Positions 32,560 to 33,961 of a stretch of DNA of 33,961 nucleotides are shown in pieces (within the stretch, counting starts at the first letter, position 1; every line of letters starts with the position of its first letter). Below the pieces are notes generated by a model that did no database searches, was not told the DNA's origin, and saw only the letters and a program-made list of their open reading frames with translations. A program made the position numbers and the translations under genes. Source of the stretch: Dicyema japonicum (Eukaryota > Animalia > Dicyemida); assembly GCA_011109175.1 (NCBI GenBank), contig RDEW01000028.1, forward strand, positions 640,413 to 674,373, in the 5' to 3' direction.

Positions 32560-33961
32560 GATGTTGTCCTTGTCGGGAATTCCATATTTGAAGACAAGAA
32601 ATCCAATCCAGGAGGAAAGAAGAGAAATCACTTACTTCATTAGTAAAGGAGAATGTCCACACATTCCTCCTTGCCCAGGACAATTACCCAATCTACTTGT
32701 CTCTGAAGAGGACGTAAAAGATGGGATTCTCTCTTTCGTCCCGAGCAGCAGTTGAGGACTAGATGGGTTCCGTCAGGGTCACCTCAAAGACCTCATTGCT
32801 CATAACACAGGCAACTCTGTGGTCCGGCTCGTGTTGGCTATCACCAAACTAATGAACAGGATGCTATCAGGGACACTACCAGAAACAATTCGACACGTAA
32901 TGTTCTTTGCACCAAGTTAATCGCATTCGACAAGAAGGGAGGGGAATACGCCCTATTGCTGTTGGCCTGGTTTTTCGTCGGTTAGCCTCAAAGCTTGTAT
33001 GCAGAGCAATCCTGCCTACGCTGATAACACAGCTACAACCCAAATAGGGGTCGGCACACCCGGGGGTTGTGAAGCGACAGTTACTGCTGTCCGAACATTC
33101 ACCGAAAAGAACGAGATCATTCCTCACATAATCGTCAAAATTGACATTAAAAATGCCTTCAACACGATACGACGTGATACAACTCTAAAGGATTGCTTCA
33201 CATACTACCCATCAGTGTACATCTATATTCATAGCTCGTATGGAAAACCATCCAGTCTGATACACGGCCAATATTACATTCAATCGACTTCTGGAGTCCA
33301 ACAAGGAGACCCACTGGGGCCTGCCTTGTTCAGCATGGGAATTGCCCGTATCACGAGATATTGTCTACTCCTCTGAGAGTATGGTATCTTGATGATTGCA
33401 CCAAGGGCGGCCATCCGAAGAATGTAATAGATTGTTTGAAAAGTCTGATAGTCCAAATGGAATCCCTATGCCTAACTCTAAAAACCTCGAAGTGTGAAGT
33501 TATCAATTTTGGATTTCTGCAGCCTGAATGGGACTTGATCCTTGCGATGTTCAGAGAGATCATTCCGAAATCCACAAAAACCAAATCAGAACAACTGGAA
33601 ATACTTGGATGCCCACTTACTGATGTTGGAATCAGTAACACTCTAAGAACAAAAGAACAACAACTAAAAACAACATTCAGACGTCTGGAGATGCTGGACC
33701 CACACTCCTCTCCTATTTCTGTTGAGAAACGCCTTATCAGCATAGAAACTGAACTACGTTCTTCGGGGGGCACCCTGCTACTGAAAATGAAACAGCTCGA
33801 TGCTATCGATTCCCTCTTCCGGACCACTATTGAACGTGTAACCAAATGTGAAATTTGACGACCGGGTGGGACCAAGCGACCCTACCCGTTAGCCTGGGCG
33901 GACTGGTAGTCCCTTCACCGAAAGATCTGGCTTGCCCCGCGTATCTGTTCTCTTTGGGCTC
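32560..33961 (+). mobile_element. CRE-like non-LTR retrotransposon RT region, frameshifted, running off the window end
   Basis: GLDGFRQGHLKDL, GGIRPIAVGLVFRRLASK, QIGVGTPGGCEA, KIDIKNAFN, GVQQGDPLGPALF, WYLDDCT, LKTSKCE and WDQATLPVSLGGL are CRE-clade RT motifs. Confidence 0.9.

Noticed and set aside
33351-33875. 174-aa minus-strand ORF
   Set aside because: It is antisense to the CRE RT region and has no independent motif.

Overview
AT-rich eukaryotic genomic DNA in the standard genetic code, with animal-like proteins. Every host gene is split by ultra-short GT-AG introns: about 34 were inferred by hand, 21-29 nt long, most often 22-24 nt. Four conserved host genes can be reconstructed: V-ATPase V0 subunit a (+, 5289-8092), a TPR-less SGT1/SUGT1 (+, 17375-17950), CCDC130/YJU2B (-, 25311-26462) and V-ATPase V1 subunit E (+, 29794-30566). 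There is also one possible orphan small protein (+, 2439-2781). Most of the rest is transposon material. It includes a near-intact RLE-type non-LTR retrotransposon (12645-16051) with a degenerate relative, and a complete Ginger2/Tdd-like integrase DNA transposon with TIRs, a 5-bp TSD and host-sized introns (22105-24049). It also includes two pogo/Tigger elements, a hAT end, three APE-type LINE relics, two RTE-like relics and five CRE-like pieces. The most notable features are (i) the tiny introns in a TE-rich genome, (ii) recurrent single-base deficits, all repairable by one G, in otherwise intact ORFs (most likely long-read consensus error, but G-insertion recoding is not excluded), and (iii) a three-copy unassigned repeat with a conserved, co-varying hairpin core. 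A reduced animal parasite such as a myxozoan or dicyemid is my inference, not something I could verify. All alignments were done by eye from recalled motifs; no searches were run.
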